A DNA stretch of 64,000 nt from an uncultured Clostridium sp. Its GTDB lineage: Bacteria > Bacillota > Clostridia > TANB77 > CAG-508. Position 1 is the stretch's first letter. Each line of letters begins with the position of its first letter. Below, one piece after another: positions 8,850 through 19,320 of the stretch. The DNA lies in assembly GCA_947648765.1 (NCBI GenBank), contig CANSOY010000002.1, positions 7,364 to 71,363 on the forward strand, in the 5' to 3' direction. A program made the translations under genes and the position numbers. The notes beneath the pieces were generated by a model that saw only the letters and a list, made by a program, of their open reading frames with translations, ran no database searches and was not told the origin of the DNA.

Positions 8850-10478
8850 TTAGTATAATACTAATTTATTATTGATTTCATCTAGAGTTGTTGTTCCATC
8901 TAATACTTTGCGAATTCCGTCTAATACCATTGGTTCAAAACCATTTTCAATTGCTTTTCTACGAATTTCCAAACTAGATTTTCCATTCGTAACTAATTCT
9001 TTGATATCTTCATCAATAATCAACACTTCGAAAATACCAATACGATCTAAGTAACCAGTTTTATTGCATTTTGCACATCCAACTGCATCATAAGTTTTCT
9101 TGCCAGTAAAGTCGATTTCTCTTCCATATTTTCCTGCAATTTCTTGCATAACTTGCTTTTCTTCTGGTGTATAGTCCCTTTCTCTTGCACAATGTGGGCA
9201 TATTCTACGTACCAATCTTTGTGATACGGAAGTAGCAAGTGTACTTGAAATATCATAATCAGAAACTCCCATTTTTCTTAAACGGGTAATTACTTCTACT
9301 GCATCAATGGTATGGATCGTAGATAATACATAATGTCCTGTTTGTCCAGATTGCATTGCAATTTCTGCTGTTTCCTGGTCACGGATTTCTCCTACTAGAA
9401 TAATATCTGGGTCTTGTCTTAATACGGTTCTTAATGCACCAGAGAAAGTAGATTTTGCATCAATTTCAATTTGGTTTAAGCCAGGTACTCGAATTTCGAC
9501 TGGGTCTTCAATGGTTGTAATGTTAATTTCTGGTCTGTTTAAGTATTGAATAATGCTGTATAGGGTTGTGGTTTTTCCTTCTCCTGTAGGTGCTGCTACG
9601 ATTGTGATACTGTTTCTCTTATTGAAACTTTTCTTCACAAGTTGCTCATCCTTTGGGAAACCTAAGTCAAATAGTCCACGGATGGTACTGTTTTTCTTTA
9701 ATAGTCTTAGTACAAATTTTTCTCCATAAACATTCTTTTGCGATGAAGAACGAATGTTATAGTCTGGGTACATTAGAATTCTACCATCTTGTGATTCTTG
9801 TTTTTCTTGGTGCATATTTGAAATTGCTTTCAAACGGCCAACAATTTGAGTTTGTTTATCATTTTCAATTTTAGCAGCATCCACAAGTCGTCCATCAATA
9901 CGATATCGAACACGAATACTTTTCTCTAATGGCTCAATATGAATATCACTTGCTCTTTTGTCGATTGCTGTCTTAATAATGCTATCCACTAAACCAGATA
10001 CATCTCCAGATGTATCAATATTCTCTTTTGCTCCACCTTCTAAAGAAGATAGTAATTTCATGATATTATCTTCAAAGGTTATGTATTTTTCCATTACAAG
10101 ACCTTTGTTCAAAAGTAATAGACGAATTACTTCTACACTTCTTGTATTCGTGGTATCAGAGAAACAAACTTTAATTTTGCCTCCCCCGATATCAAATGGA
10201 ATTGCTTTATTTTGACGACAAATGTCTAGTGAGATATATTCGGTTACATTAATGGTAACATCTCTTTCCATCAGAAAAATGCCTTTTTCATCCAAAATTT
10301 CAGCAATGGCTTGGATTAAAGTATTTGGATTACACACCTTCAAAATATTTAGAATATCCCCAATCTTCTTTCCTGGGTTATTTTTTTGATATTCGAGTGC
10401 TTTTTGAATATCGTTTTCTGTTACAACTCCTCTTTTTACTAACTCAACGCCTAAAGGTTGTCTTCTGCTTGCTTCCAT
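8850..10478 (-). CDS. pilB: Type IV pilus assembly ATPase PilB/GspE
   Basis: APTGEGKTTTL Walker A and an N-terminal GSPII domain. Start chosen at MEASRRQ, which has a GAAAGGAG ribosome-binding site. Confidence 0.8.
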   Translation of the reverse strand: MEASRRQPLGVELVKRGVVTENDIQKALEYQKNNPGKKIGDILNILKVCNPNTLIQAIAEILDEKGIFLMERDVTINVTEYISLDICRQNKAIPFDIGGGKIKVCFSDTTNTRSVEVIRLLLLNKGLVMEKYITFEDNIMKLLSSLEGGAKENIDTSGDVSGLVDSIIKTAIDKRASDIHIEPLEKSIRVRYRIDGRLVDAAKIENDKQTQIVGRLKAISNMHQEKQESQDGRILMYPDYNIRSSSQKNVYGEKFVLRLLKKNSTIRGLFDLGFPKDEQLVKKSFNKRNSITIVAAPTGEGKTTTLYSIIQYLNRPEINITTIEDPVEIRVPGLNQIEIDAKSTFSGALRTVLRQDPDIILVGEIRDQETAEIAMQSGQTGHYVLSTIHTIDAVEVITRLRKMGVSDYDISSTLATSVSQRLVRRICPHCARERDYTPEEKQVMQEIAGKYGREIDFTGKKTYDAVGCAKCNKTGYLDRIGIFEVLIIDEDIKELVTNGKSSLEIRRKAIENGFEPMVLDGIRKVLDGTTTLDEINNKLVLY

Positions 10479-10553
10479 AAGATAGGACTCCTTTCTTTTG
10501 TTACTAACTATATTATATACTAACAAACGCAAATTTTCATTCTTTTTTTGAAA

Positions 10554-11105
10554 TTACCAATATTTTAAAGTATATCGCATAGGGTTTTCCATATTTGTAA
10601 ATACTTCCCCGTTAGCGATTTCAATTCCTATAACTAATCTTTTTTTCGTACCATGAGTTTCAAGTTTAACTGACATATCGGTTACCCCTCCTGCAATCTT
10701 CAAGGTATTTCCTTGGTTGGTATATTTATATACCCCCTGATTTAAGTAACCAAACTTGTCACTATATACAGTTCCTTTTTCAGTATTGCCGTAGTATAAG
10801 TATACATTGCCGTTTCCAAACTTGAAAGCAGCCACTGGTTTCGTTTCACTTGTCCCTGTATGCGGATTTGCTGCGTCTGTATCAACACGATTCGTCTCGA
10901 TTCCTACGTTATAATTTCTTTTCGCATCTTGCACGATAAAACCATTTAATTTATTAAACTCACTTCCATAAAGTCCATCTTTTGAAATCAGTGAAATATT
11001 GTCATGAAAATGCGTACGAATAACAGCCATTCCTGCTAAGACAATCGTTATTAGCATTAAATATATGGTAAGATTTAATATGGTTATACCTCTTTCAGAT
11101 TTCAT
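10554..11105 (-). CDS. Minor pilin / pseudopilin-like protein
   Basis: N-terminal RG|ITILNL followed by a hydrophobic helix (class III signal-like). Confidence 0.5.
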   Translation of the reverse strand: MKSERGITILNLTIYLMLITIVLAGMAVIRTHFHDNISLISKDGLYGSEFNKLNGFIVQDAKRNYNVGIETNRVDTDAANPHTGTSETKPVAAFKFGNGNVYLYYGNTEKGTVYSDKFGYLNQGVYKYTNQGNTLKIAGGVTDMSVKLETHGTKKRLVIGIEIANGEVFTNMENPMRYTLKYW

Positions 11106-11120
11106 TTTACCACCCTTACT

Positions 11121-11543
11121 TTAATATTCATAATGTTTTAATCTTGTAATGGACGACGAATACGTATGTCCATTTACAATAAAGTACATTGTAACATTAA
11201 CAACTTTAATACTTCCTTTATTTTGGATCCAAATGTGAGTCCAAATTCCTTTTTCTTTTAAGTTATACTTTTCATCAATGGAAACTTTTCCACCTTGTCC
11301 ATCTTCAACTTCTGTTAAGTTTCCCGTTACATTCTTGAATTCCATCGCATCAATATCTTCGAGAATTTGTGTTTGATAAGCTGTTGCAACTGCTTGTTTT
11401 TGTGTTAATACCCTTAGATAATAGATATTATATATCATACGACCAATCAAGGCAACAAAGATAATCATAACAACAAAAGATATTTCAATATCGACCCATG
11501 CAATTCCTTTTTGCGATTTTAGTTTTTTTAACATATTCCTCAC
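11121..11543 (-). CDS. Minor pilin-like protein
   Basis: KG|IAWVDIEISFVVMIIFVALIG with Asp at +5; overlaps pilD by 4 nt. Confidence 0.5.
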   Translation of the reverse strand: MRNMLKKLKSQKGIAWVDIEISFVVMIIFVALIGRMIYNIYYLRVLTQKQAVATAYQTQILEDIDAMEFKNVTGNLTEVEDGQGGKVSIDEKYNLKEKGIWTHIWIQNKGSIKVVNVTMYFIVNGHTYSSSITRLKHYEY

Positions 11544-12352
11544 CTATAAATATAATATATGTTTGTTAAGATTACGACAATAACATTGGAAACACAAAGA
11601 TAAAATGCTATTGGTACATTTATTTTATCTTTTGCATTCACTTTTTTGCATTTCTTACGGTTTTGTTTTATTTTTTGCAATAACATATCAAAAGCAATGG
11701 ATAATAATGTTAAGATGACGGTAAAAACAAATTGTCCTTCATATGTAAATAATATCATTAGCATACTTAGGATTAAGATACCAATTGTATAATTATTTTT
11801 TGCTTTTTTATGTAAGTAATAGGTATTGATTGCGACAAGTACGCAAATAATCATCAAATACATGACATATCTATACATACTAGCATGTTCTACTATATAT
11901 AGATAAATCATATATACAGCATTTACAATGGTTAGATAAATTAACAAGGAATTTTCCACTCTTACTTTCTCTTTGTCAATTCCAGCAAGAATAAATAGTG
12001 CAGTAAAATAAAGCATGCCAAAAAATAGATACATATACTTATCTATTTGAAACGAATAAATATTTAATTGAAAAGAAAAAGCAAACAGTACAAAAACAAA
12101 TCCTGAGCAGATTTCTAGGATGAAATAACGTGGTCTAATTTTCTTTCCACAATATCTGCATTTTCCGCCAAGAGCTAGATAACTGAATACAGGTATCATA
12201 TCCCAAAAAGATAATTTGTGTTCACACTCTACACAAAAAGATCTTTTGTTCAAAATGTTCTCTCTTAAAGGAATTCGGTAAACTGCAAGTGTACAAAAGC
12301 TTCCAAATGTAATTCCCATAGCGAAGATAATTAGATACAAAATTACGTTCAT
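11540..12352 (-). CDS. pilD: Prepilin peptidase (A24 family)
   Basis: CVEC...CRYC tetracysteine N-terminus and 8 TM segments. Confidence 0.8.
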   Translation of the reverse strand: MNVILYLIIFAMGITFGSFCTLAVYRIPLRENILNKRSFCVECEHKLSFWDMIPVFSYLALGGKCRYCGKKIRPRYFILEICSGFVFVLFAFSFQLNIYSFQIDKYMYLFFGMLYFTALFILAGIDKEKVRVENSLLIYLTIVNAVYMIYLYIVEHASMYRYVMYLMIICVLVAINTYYLHKKAKNNYTIGILILSMLMILFTYEGQFVFTVILTLLSIAFDMLLQKIKQNRKKCKKVNAKDKINVPIAFYLCVSNVIVVILTNIYYIYR

Positions 12353-12475
12353 TCGTTTACCTCATTTTAGAAAATAAGAGGTTACCTGAGACTAAATATT
12401 CTAAAAATATATTGACCTTAGATAACCTCATATTAAATTTCAAATTATAAAATTTGGAATTTTTGTTAATTAGCT

Positions 12476-12694
12476 CTAGATTCCCTGTAATACATTGTCC
12501 ATGAAATTATTTGTTAATTCAGGTAATGTGTTAGCTTCGAAATCGATTCCATTAGCTGTTTTTTGTGTAGCGCTCTTAGCTTGATCAAAAAGACCACCAT
12601 TGAAAGCGATATTGATAGATACAGCAGCTAAGATTAGAAGAACTACGATGGTTACTACTAATGCTACTAAGGTAATACCTTTTTGGTTTTTCAT
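12476..12694 (-). CDS. pilA: Type IV pilin, very short (72 aa), non-canonical N-terminus
   Basis: MKNQKG|ITLVALVVTIVVLLILAAVSI prepilin-like leader with an AAGGAGG ribosome-binding site. Position +5 is Ala rather than the usual Glu. Confidence 0.65.
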   Translation of the reverse strand: MKNQKGITLVALVVTIVVLLILAAVSINIAFNGGLFDQAKSATQKTANGIDFEANTLPELTNNFMDNVLQGI

Positions 12695-12754
12695 GTGTTT
12701 TTCCTCCTTACTTATTAAAATTTATTGTGTATATTTATTTATATAAATATAACC

Positions 12755-13153
12755 TTATTTTGTACCAGAGTCTTTGAAGAATGTTCCTGTTGCATCTGGA
12801 TTTTTGGTTGTTGTACCACCGACTCCATTTCCACCTGCGATTGCATTTTCTGGGTCTACTACTTCATTAGATAAATCTGCAAATGGATCCGCTTTTCCTG
12901 GTACATAGCTTTTGGTTGAACGGTACAAACTCAAATCTGAATCTGTAATTTCATATACGACATTTTCTTTTTCGTATTCTGTAATTTCAACTTCAATTTC
13001 TTGTTTTACATTTTTCGGTGTCTCATAAGCGATTTTTTGAGGAAGCACTTTATTGTTTGGAATATAATCATAAAAGATCACTCCCAACACCAAGGCAATC
13101 GCTAAACATATTAAAATCATAATGGACACTTCTTTAAATACTGATTTAACCAT
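12755..13153 (-). CDS. Membrane-anchored hypothetical protein in pil operon
   Basis: N-terminal TM and a C-terminal G/T-rich tail. Confidence 0.5.
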   Translation of the reverse strand: MVKSVFKEVSIMILICLAIALVLGVIFYDYIPNNKVLPQKIAYETPKNVKQEIEVEITEYEKENVVYEITDSDLSLYRSTKSYVPGKADPFADLSNEVVDPENAIAGGNGVGGTTTKNPDATGTFFKDSGTK

Positions 13154-13182
13154 ATTTTTCTCCTTCTGTTCAGATTTTAGTT

Positions 13183-13854
13183 TTAAGATTTTGCATTGTT
13201 GTCATTTGTTGTAGCAGTTCCTGCTTGTGCATCGTCCGCAATGTTTTCACTACGAATTGCAATATTTCTTACAACAAATGAGCCTTGTAGTTTTGAACTA
13301 TTTGCTGAACTGGTGGATGCTTGCTCAGATGGTGCTAATGTTACTTTGAAATTTTCGATGCGAAAACTTAATTCGCTATCTTTTTCAACAGAAGATATAA
13401 AATTAATAATTGCTACATAACTTCCGTCAATGGTAAAGTTTAAGTTGCTTAATCCATCAATACCAGAAGGAACTTTTTCCATTTTTAGATTGACGCCTTC
13501 TTGTGTTGCATGGTTACCAATTCTTGCCCATAGATAGTCAATTAGATAAGTTTCTTGTCTGGTTGCACCTTTAATTTCACTATCACTGCTTAGGTTCGCT
13601 AAATCTAAATATTTTTGTTTTTCGGATAATAGTGTTTTTATTTGTCCATTTAATTCGCTTACTTTTCCTGGGTATGTGCTAGCAGTTAATTTACTTAATT
13701 CTGCTATTTGTGCTTCTAATTCAGCATTTTTTGCGCTAATTTGTTCTACGCTCAAGATATTTAGGAATGGAGTTTCTAGTCCTTCAATCGTTGAGAAATA
13801 GATTAGTACGCAAAGCGCAGCGATTAAAATAATTCCTAAAAGTTTCTTTATCAT
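13183..13854 (-). CDS. PilO-like pilus biogenesis protein
   Basis: N-terminal TM followed by a coiled coil (AELEAQIAELSKL). It sits after pilMN and overlaps its stop. Confidence 0.5.
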   Translation of the reverse strand: MIKKLLGIILIAALCVLIYFSTIEGLETPFLNILSVEQISAKNAELEAQIAELSKLTASTYPGKVSELNGQIKTLLSEKQKYLDLANLSSDSEIKGATRQETYLIDYLWARIGNHATQEGVNLKMEKVPSGIDGLSNLNFTIDGSYVAIINFISSVEKDSELSFRIENFKVTLAPSEQASTSSANSSKLQGSFVVRNIAIRSENIADDAQAGTATTNDNNAKS

Positions 13855-15449
13855 GGTAAATCTCCTTCTATCTTAATTTTAACGAAATCTCCGTCTTTGG
13901 TTCCTGCAGTAGAGACAACTGTATCAGATACTAAAATTCCGTCTTCTCTCAATTTGGCTTTTAAGTAACCTAATTGTTCATATTTCTTGGATTGAGCATT
14001 TATTACCATGTGCTTATCTGTCGTGTTTTCAACGGAAGTAATTTGTACTCCCTTTGGTATGATTCCCATTAATTGTGTTAAGAATGTTGGTATCATATTT
14101 TTGTTACGGTTATTTTCTGCTTGTGCATTGCTTGAGTCTTCCAAATTTTTAATCAAGGTTGCATACGTGTTAGCTTTTTCTTTTGTATTTTCGATATCCG
14201 ATTGAATTCTCTCGATTTGTTTGTCACTATCGGCTTTAGCAAGTCTTACTTGTTCTTTCTTTAGGTCAATTTGTCTGTCAAGTGCAACCGATGCTGCGCA
14301 ATAAAGAATTGCAAAAATAGCAAGAGCTGCTGTAAAACGTGTCATGACCTTTCCAAAATTATCCCAACTTTCTCCCGTTGTTATTTTTAAGGATAATTTA
14401 TCTTCTAGGAAAGTACGTAAGCCTTCTGGCAATCCATCATTTAAGCTTTGCTCTTTGAAGTTGATGTCTGGAATTCCACCACCTGCTCCTGTAAGTCCAA
14501 GAGCGATTGCTGAGTCTACTTCAATATATTCTTTCAAATTAATTTTCACATTGTCTTGAATAAAATATGGTTTTAAGAATTCGCATCTTGTATTTTTGAA
14601 GAATTCTTGGAAGTATAAGTCAATGTTATTGATTACTGCACCTGTTCCAGCAATGTAAATGCGGTCAATCTTTGCTACAGATAAAGAAATAATTTCTTGC
14701 ACTTTGCTCACAATATTGTAAAGGCATGGCATAATGTCTTCCATATATTCGTTATTGTCGCCTACTTGTAAATCTTGTCCATCCATCGTATAGATTGTCG
14801 TATTTTTGCAAACATCAAACGCTTTTGCATAAGAGTTTTCTTTGGAAGCAATACGATCTAAAACATCTTGCATACCAGTTTGTAATACATCAACCGTGTA
14901 AATTCTTTGATTCACGATTGTTGTAATTGTTGTTTTTTCTTCCAAGTTAACAATGGCTATGTTTTCATTTTGCTTCAAGTTTGCAATTCCCGCAAGTGCC
15001 ATTGGAACTGTAGTCATACAAGCAATTTTATTGCCTTCCATTTGTTGTACTCTCATCGTAATATCATTGCGGTTAACAGCTGCATGAACAATACGTACAT
15101 TATCTTTGTCTTCTACGCTTTTTGTTGTCGTATAACGTGTTTCAAATGCTTTTGAGTTTGTTCCTTTTTCATAGCATAGAGATTCAAACTCTGTTTCGAT
15201 GGCTTTGTTCATGTCTTTTTTGTTCAACATTCCAAACATCGTAAAGTAGTTATACACTTCATTTGACAAGTTAACACTGACTGGTATCTTAAAGCTATAA
15301 GTTTCTGCAATAATTTGTTTGATTGCCTCTCCTAAATTATCGTAGAATTTCGTACCAAATGCTTCGACTTTGACATTGTCATGCTCTTTTTCAACTTTCG
15401 CATATTTAATTAAACTTTTTTCAATATACAAACCAAGACAAGTTGACAT
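13851..15449 (-). CDS. PilM-PilN fusion (actin-like ATPase fold + TM + coiled coil)
   Basis: 532 aa; a TM segment (MTRFTAALAIFAILY) at ~aa 370 precedes a coiled-coil tail. First gene of the pil operon. Confidence 0.65.
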   Translation of the reverse strand: MSTCLGLYIEKSLIKYAKVEKEHDNVKVEAFGTKFYDNLGEAIKQIIAETYSFKIPVSVNLSNEVYNYFTMFGMLNKKDMNKAIETEFESLCYEKGTNSKAFETRYTTTKSVEDKDNVRIVHAAVNRNDITMRVQQMEGNKIACMTTVPMALAGIANLKQNENIAIVNLEEKTTITTIVNQRIYTVDVLQTGMQDVLDRIASKENSYAKAFDVCKNTTIYTMDGQDLQVGDNNEYMEDIMPCLYNIVSKVQEIISLSVAKIDRIYIAGTGAVINNIDLYFQEFFKNTRCEFLKPYFIQDNVKINLKEYIEVDSAIALGLTGAGGGIPDINFKEQSLNDGLPEGLRTFLEDKLSLKITTGESWDNFGKVMTRFTAALAIFAILYCAASVALDRQIDLKKEQVRLAKADSDKQIERIQSDIENTKEKANTYATLIKNLEDSSNAQAENNRNKNMIPTFLTQLMGIIPKGVQITSVENTTDKHMVINAQSKKYEQLGYLKAKLREDGILVSDTVVSTAGTKDGDFVKIKIEGDLP

Positions 15450-15673
15450 TTTTTTCTCCTTCGTTTTTATCTATATTTATGTTTTACAAAAGTGTACAAA
15501 ATAATACTTGATGATTTTTGAATAAAATTTATATTTTTCCAAATTCCATCTTTTTACCTCAATTTATGAATTTATTTTACCGCTGAAAAATAAAAAGTCA
15601 ATATGTTTTTTCGTTTTGTCATGTTTTTTTCACATTTTCGTAATATTCTTGTAATATTCAACTCCTTTTCACG

Positions 15674-15714
15674 AAAAAAATGACTAATTTTTCCTATTTA
15701 GTCATTTTTTCACT
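15674..15714 (-). terminator. Terminator TGACTAA-...-TTAGTCA + T7 after uppP
   Basis: Inverted repeat with T-run read on the minus strand, immediately 3' of the uppP stop. Confidence 0.5.
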
Positions 15715-15720
15715 TTCCTT

Positions 15721-16527
15721 TTAATGGAAGAGTAGTGTATAAGCAATGATAAAAATTCCAAATATTACTCGATAAATGGCAAATATTTTGAAGCTTCCTT
15801 TTTGCAAATATTTTAATAAAAATTTAATGACCACTAGCCCTACCGCAAAACTTACTAAAATACCTAAGAAAAAGGCTAAATTACATTCAAAATGTTTGAA
15901 TTCATATAAGGCTGCTGCGAGCACGATTGGTGTCGATAATAGAAAAGAATAACGTGCTGCCGACTCTCTTTCAATTTGCATACCTCTTGCTACTGTCATA
16001 GTAATTCCCGAACGGGATACACCTGGAAATGCTGCTGCTAGCGCTTGTGATACGCCAATCCAAATGGATTGTTTTAGACTAATTTGTTCATATTTAATTT
16101 TCGATTTTGCTCTTTTGTCTACAATATATAAAATAATACCCATAACAATCAAGGAAATAGCAATCACAATCATTTCTAATTTGAGATTACCGTCAAATAG
16201 TTTTCCTTTTAACTTTTCCAAAATAAGGCTTAAGATACCTGCTGGAATGGTGGCAATCACAATATACCAAAAAATTCTACCTTCGGTCGTATCTTCTTTT
16301 TTGACTACCTTTTTGATACCACCTTTGATTAAAGCAATCCAATCTTTCGCAAAAAAGATTACAATCGCAAGCAGTGTTCCAATATGTAATGCGACATCAA
16401 ATCCTTCTGGGATGTCTTGCCAGTTAAAAATCCATGGGATTAAATTTAAATGGGCTGAACTCGATACTGGCAATAATTCTGTCAGCCCCTGTATAATACC
16501 TAATATAACTGCTTGATAAATTTGCAT
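15721..16527 (-). CDS. uppP: Undecaprenyl-diphosphatase
   Basis: N-terminal GLTELLPVSSSAHL motif; 8-TM protein. Confidence 0.85.
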   Translation of the reverse strand: MQIYQAVILGIIQGLTELLPVSSSAHLNLIPWIFNWQDIPEGFDVALHIGTLLAIVIFFAKDWIALIKGGIKKVVKKEDTTEGRIFWYIVIATIPAGILSLILEKLKGKLFDGNLKLEMIVIAISLIVMGIILYIVDKRAKSKIKYEQISLKQSIWIGVSQALAAAFPGVSRSGITMTVARGMQIERESAARYSFLLSTPIVLAAALYEFKHFECNLAFFLGILVSFAVGLVVIKFLLKYLQKGSFKIFAIYRVIFGIFIIAYTLLFH

Positions 16528-16549
16528 GTTTTCTCCTTCTTTCTTTTGT

Positions 16550-17407
16550 TTATTGCATTAAAAAACGTTCCAATGCTTGTTTCAAAAATTTTGCTGATGT
16601 AAGCGGTGCTACTTTTCCTGGTAGAGCCAAAGCCCAATCAAAAGCAATTCCTCTTTTTGCAATTTCTGGTTGGTCAACGCCTCCAGGGCTAGAAGCCAAA
16701 TCAATTACATAGCAATCCGGATTTAGTGTTTGGATTTCTTTTTGGGTAAGAACAATATATGGGATGGTATTGGCAATGATTGAAAAGGGCGATAAATCCA
16801 TTGTCTTCAATTGTTCAAGTGGCACTGGATGATAGCCATAAGCTTCAATCCAAGCTAAGTCCTCTGGCTTTCTTGCCTCACACCAAATTTCTCCTCCAAA
16901 CTTTTCTAAACGATTGGCAAGTAATTTTCCAATTCTCCCAAATCCTAAAATAAGAATTTTACTCCCATAAAGTGTTGTTGTCGTTTTTTCCATGATTTTT
17001 TGGATAGCACCTTCTGCTGTCGTTACGGCATTTTGAATGGTTAGTGTTTCATCTTCTAATAAATCTACAAATTGAATTTTAGAAGTATATTTTTCTTTCC
17101 ATTCTGGCTTTATTCCACCCGCGATAAACGTTCCCATTTTCATATTCGCAAAAACGTCTTCGATTAAAATCTCTTTTTCTGCAAATGGTGCACCAACTTT
17201 CCTACCATCTTTGCTAAATGGCATGGCACTAAAAATCAGATTCGTCCTTTGACAGAACTCGGCTAGTTCTGCCACTTTTTCCATCGGCTCTTTTGCTTCA
17301 TATTGCTCCAATCCATAGGTTTGTACTTGCCAATTTTCATTTGCCAATAATTCGGCTAACAAAGCAATACGCAAGTCGCCACCTAAAATTGCAATTTTCT
17401 TTTCCAA
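16550..17407 (-). CDS. dpaA: Dipicolinate synthase subunit A-like
   Basis: IAILGGDLR... N-domain, GFGRIG Rossmann motif, and IDLASSPGG / ALPGKVAP as in SpoVFA. No dpaB adjacent. Confidence 0.7.
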   Translation of the reverse strand: MEKKIAILGGDLRIALLAELLANENWQVQTYGLEQYEAKEPMEKVAELAEFCQRTNLIFSAMPFSKDGRKVGAPFAEKEILIEDVFANMKMGTFIAGGIKPEWKEKYTSKIQFVDLLEDETLTIQNAVTTAEGAIQKIMEKTTTTLYGSKILILGFGRIGKLLANRLEKFGGEIWCEARKPEDLAWIEAYGYHPVPLEQLKTMDLSPFSIIANTIPYIVLTQKEIQTLNPDCYVIDLASSPGGVDQPEIAKRGIAFDWALALPGKVAPLTSAKFLKQALERFLMQ

Positions 17408-17457
17408 ATAACCATCTCCTTTGCTTTATGATTATTTGGTTTTTGAAAAATTATGCT

Positions 17458-18675
17458 TTAATATTCTTTCTCAATTTCGCTATTTTGTTGCTCTTGTTCT
17501 TCTTTTTCGACTGCTTTCACATTTTTCATCATTTCTAAATCACTGTTGTTTAATTTTCCTACAATATTATACATTTCTGCTAAATGTCTTTGTACTTTTT
17601 CCTCACGTTTTGTAATTTTATGCGTTCTTTTTTCTAGATTGCTTGGTTTGGTAACACGCATGCGTATTTTTACAAAAAGCGGTTCTTCTAGCATATCTTC
17701 ATAGACTGTTCCATCTTTTCCAGCAAGTTCAATTGCTAAGTTCAAGTAATTGACGGCATTATCTGTATGTCCTCTTAGAATTGAAATAATAGCTAAATAA
17801 TAGTATCCCCCAACTTCGGTATCTTCATTTTGAATACATTCCATGAAATGTTCTTTGGCTTGTACTAAATCTCCCATAATGAGTTCGATCTGTCCAATAT
17901 CAAATTTAGCATGATAAAGCATCGAATTCAAATCAGCTGCTTTTTCGTAATATTCTTTTGCCTTTTGGAAATCATTTAGCATCGTATATGCCATTCCTAA
18001 TTGATAATAAATCTCATATTGTGTTGGACGATATCTTAAAGCTTCTTGGTAAACACCAATCGCTTCTTTGTAGCGTTCTTCTCCTTGCAAAATATTGCCT
18101 AATAGCTCCGTTGCTCGGTATTCTGCTGGGCGTTGTTTTAGTAAATGGTTTAACATTTTTATTGCTTCTTCTTTATTTCCCATCTCATTTGAAATTTGCG
18201 CAATTTTGAAATACGAGTCTTTGTCAACGTTACGAAGGTCTACTGCTCTACGATATTCGTCAATCGCAACTTCCCAATTTTTCTGTTTTTCATAAAGCAT
18301 AGCTAATGTTTTGTGAGCTGGATAGGAAGTTGGATTTTTCTCAATTAAATTTAACAAGATTTGCTTGGCTTGTCTATCATCTTTTCCAATGAGCCATCTT
18401 GCTAGTAACAAACGTGTTATTTCAGAAAATGGATATCCTTTGAATTCAAGCCATAAAATTCCTGCTGGAATAATTACAGCAAGGATATACATTAAAAAAC
18501 GTACCCATATATTCCAGTAAATTGGTGTTACTAACTCCATAAAATTTAAGAAGATTCCTACAAATTCAATTGCCAAAATAACGATATAACTGGTGTCATT
18601 TTTTCGAATCAATTTGAAAAATAGGATAATAAATAGTGTGAATGCTAGTACATTAAATATAATTTTCTCAATCAT
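17458..18675 (-). CDS. TPR-repeat membrane protein
   Basis: Three N-terminal TM helices followed by multiple TPR-like repeats. Confidence 0.7.
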   Translation of the reverse strand: MIEKIIFNVLAFTLFIILFFKLIRKNDTSYIVILAIEFVGIFLNFMELVTPIYWNIWVRFLMYILAVIIPAGILWLEFKGYPFSEITRLLLARWLIGKDDRQAKQILLNLIEKNPTSYPAHKTLAMLYEKQKNWEVAIDEYRRAVDLRNVDKDSYFKIAQISNEMGNKEEAIKMLNHLLKQRPAEYRATELLGNILQGEERYKEAIGVYQEALRYRPTQYEIYYQLGMAYTMLNDFQKAKEYYEKAADLNSMLYHAKFDIGQIELIMGDLVQAKEHFMECIQNEDTEVGGYYYLAIISILRGHTDNAVNYLNLAIELAGKDGTVYEDMLEEPLFVKIRMRVTKPSNLEKRTHKITKREEKVQRHLAEMYNIVGKLNNSDLEMMKNVKAVEKEEQEQQNSEIEKEY

Positions 18676-18693
18676 TTTCTTAGTCCCCTTTTA

Positions 18694-19230
18694 TTAGTTT
18701 GCTTTGAATTTTTCTTGGTAACGAATGCGGCAGTCTTCGATTACTCTTTCTGCTTCTTCTCTTCCACAGATTTCATCGATGGAAGTTTGTTTTCCTTCTA
18801 ATTGTTTGTATACTTCAAAGAAATGTGAAATTTCAGAAGCAATATGGTTTGGTAATTCGCTCAAGTCCTGATATTCATTTAAGAATGGATCTTTTTTTGC
18901 AATCGCTATAATTTTCTCGTCTTTTGAATTATCGTCTACCATTTTGAGTACACCAATTGGATAGGCCTCTACCAGAGTTAATGGATAGATATTTTCCTCT
19001 TGGCAAAGTACCAAAACATCCAATGGGTCATTATCTTCTGCATAAGTTTTGGGAATAAAACCGTAGTTGGCTGGATAATGTGTTGAAGTATACAGTACAC
19101 GGTCTAGTTTTAACATTCCTGTTTCCTTATCCAATTCATATTTATTTTGACTTCCCTTTGGAATTTCTATAACTGCAACGAAATGATCTTTTTGAATTCT
19201 TTCGTCTGAAATATCATGCCAAATGTTCAT
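18694..19230 (-). CDS. ppa: Inorganic pyrophosphatase (family I)
   Basis: HYPANYGFIP and DPLDVLV signature. Confidence 0.9.
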   Translation of the reverse strand: MNIWHDISDERIQKDHFVAVIEIPKGSQNKYELDKETGMLKLDRVLYTSTHYPANYGFIPKTYAEDNDPLDVLVLCQEENIYPLTLVEAYPIGVLKMVDDNSKDEKIIAIAKKDPFLNEYQDLSELPNHIASEISHFFEVYKQLEGKQTSIDEICGREEAERVIEDCRIRYQEKFKAN

Positions 19231-19320
19231 ACTTCAGTCCTCCTTCTTTTTTCTCTATGGATATTATAGTGTAAAATTTTCAATCTTTCAACTTTTCTCA
19301 TATAAAAAAACTGTAAACTT

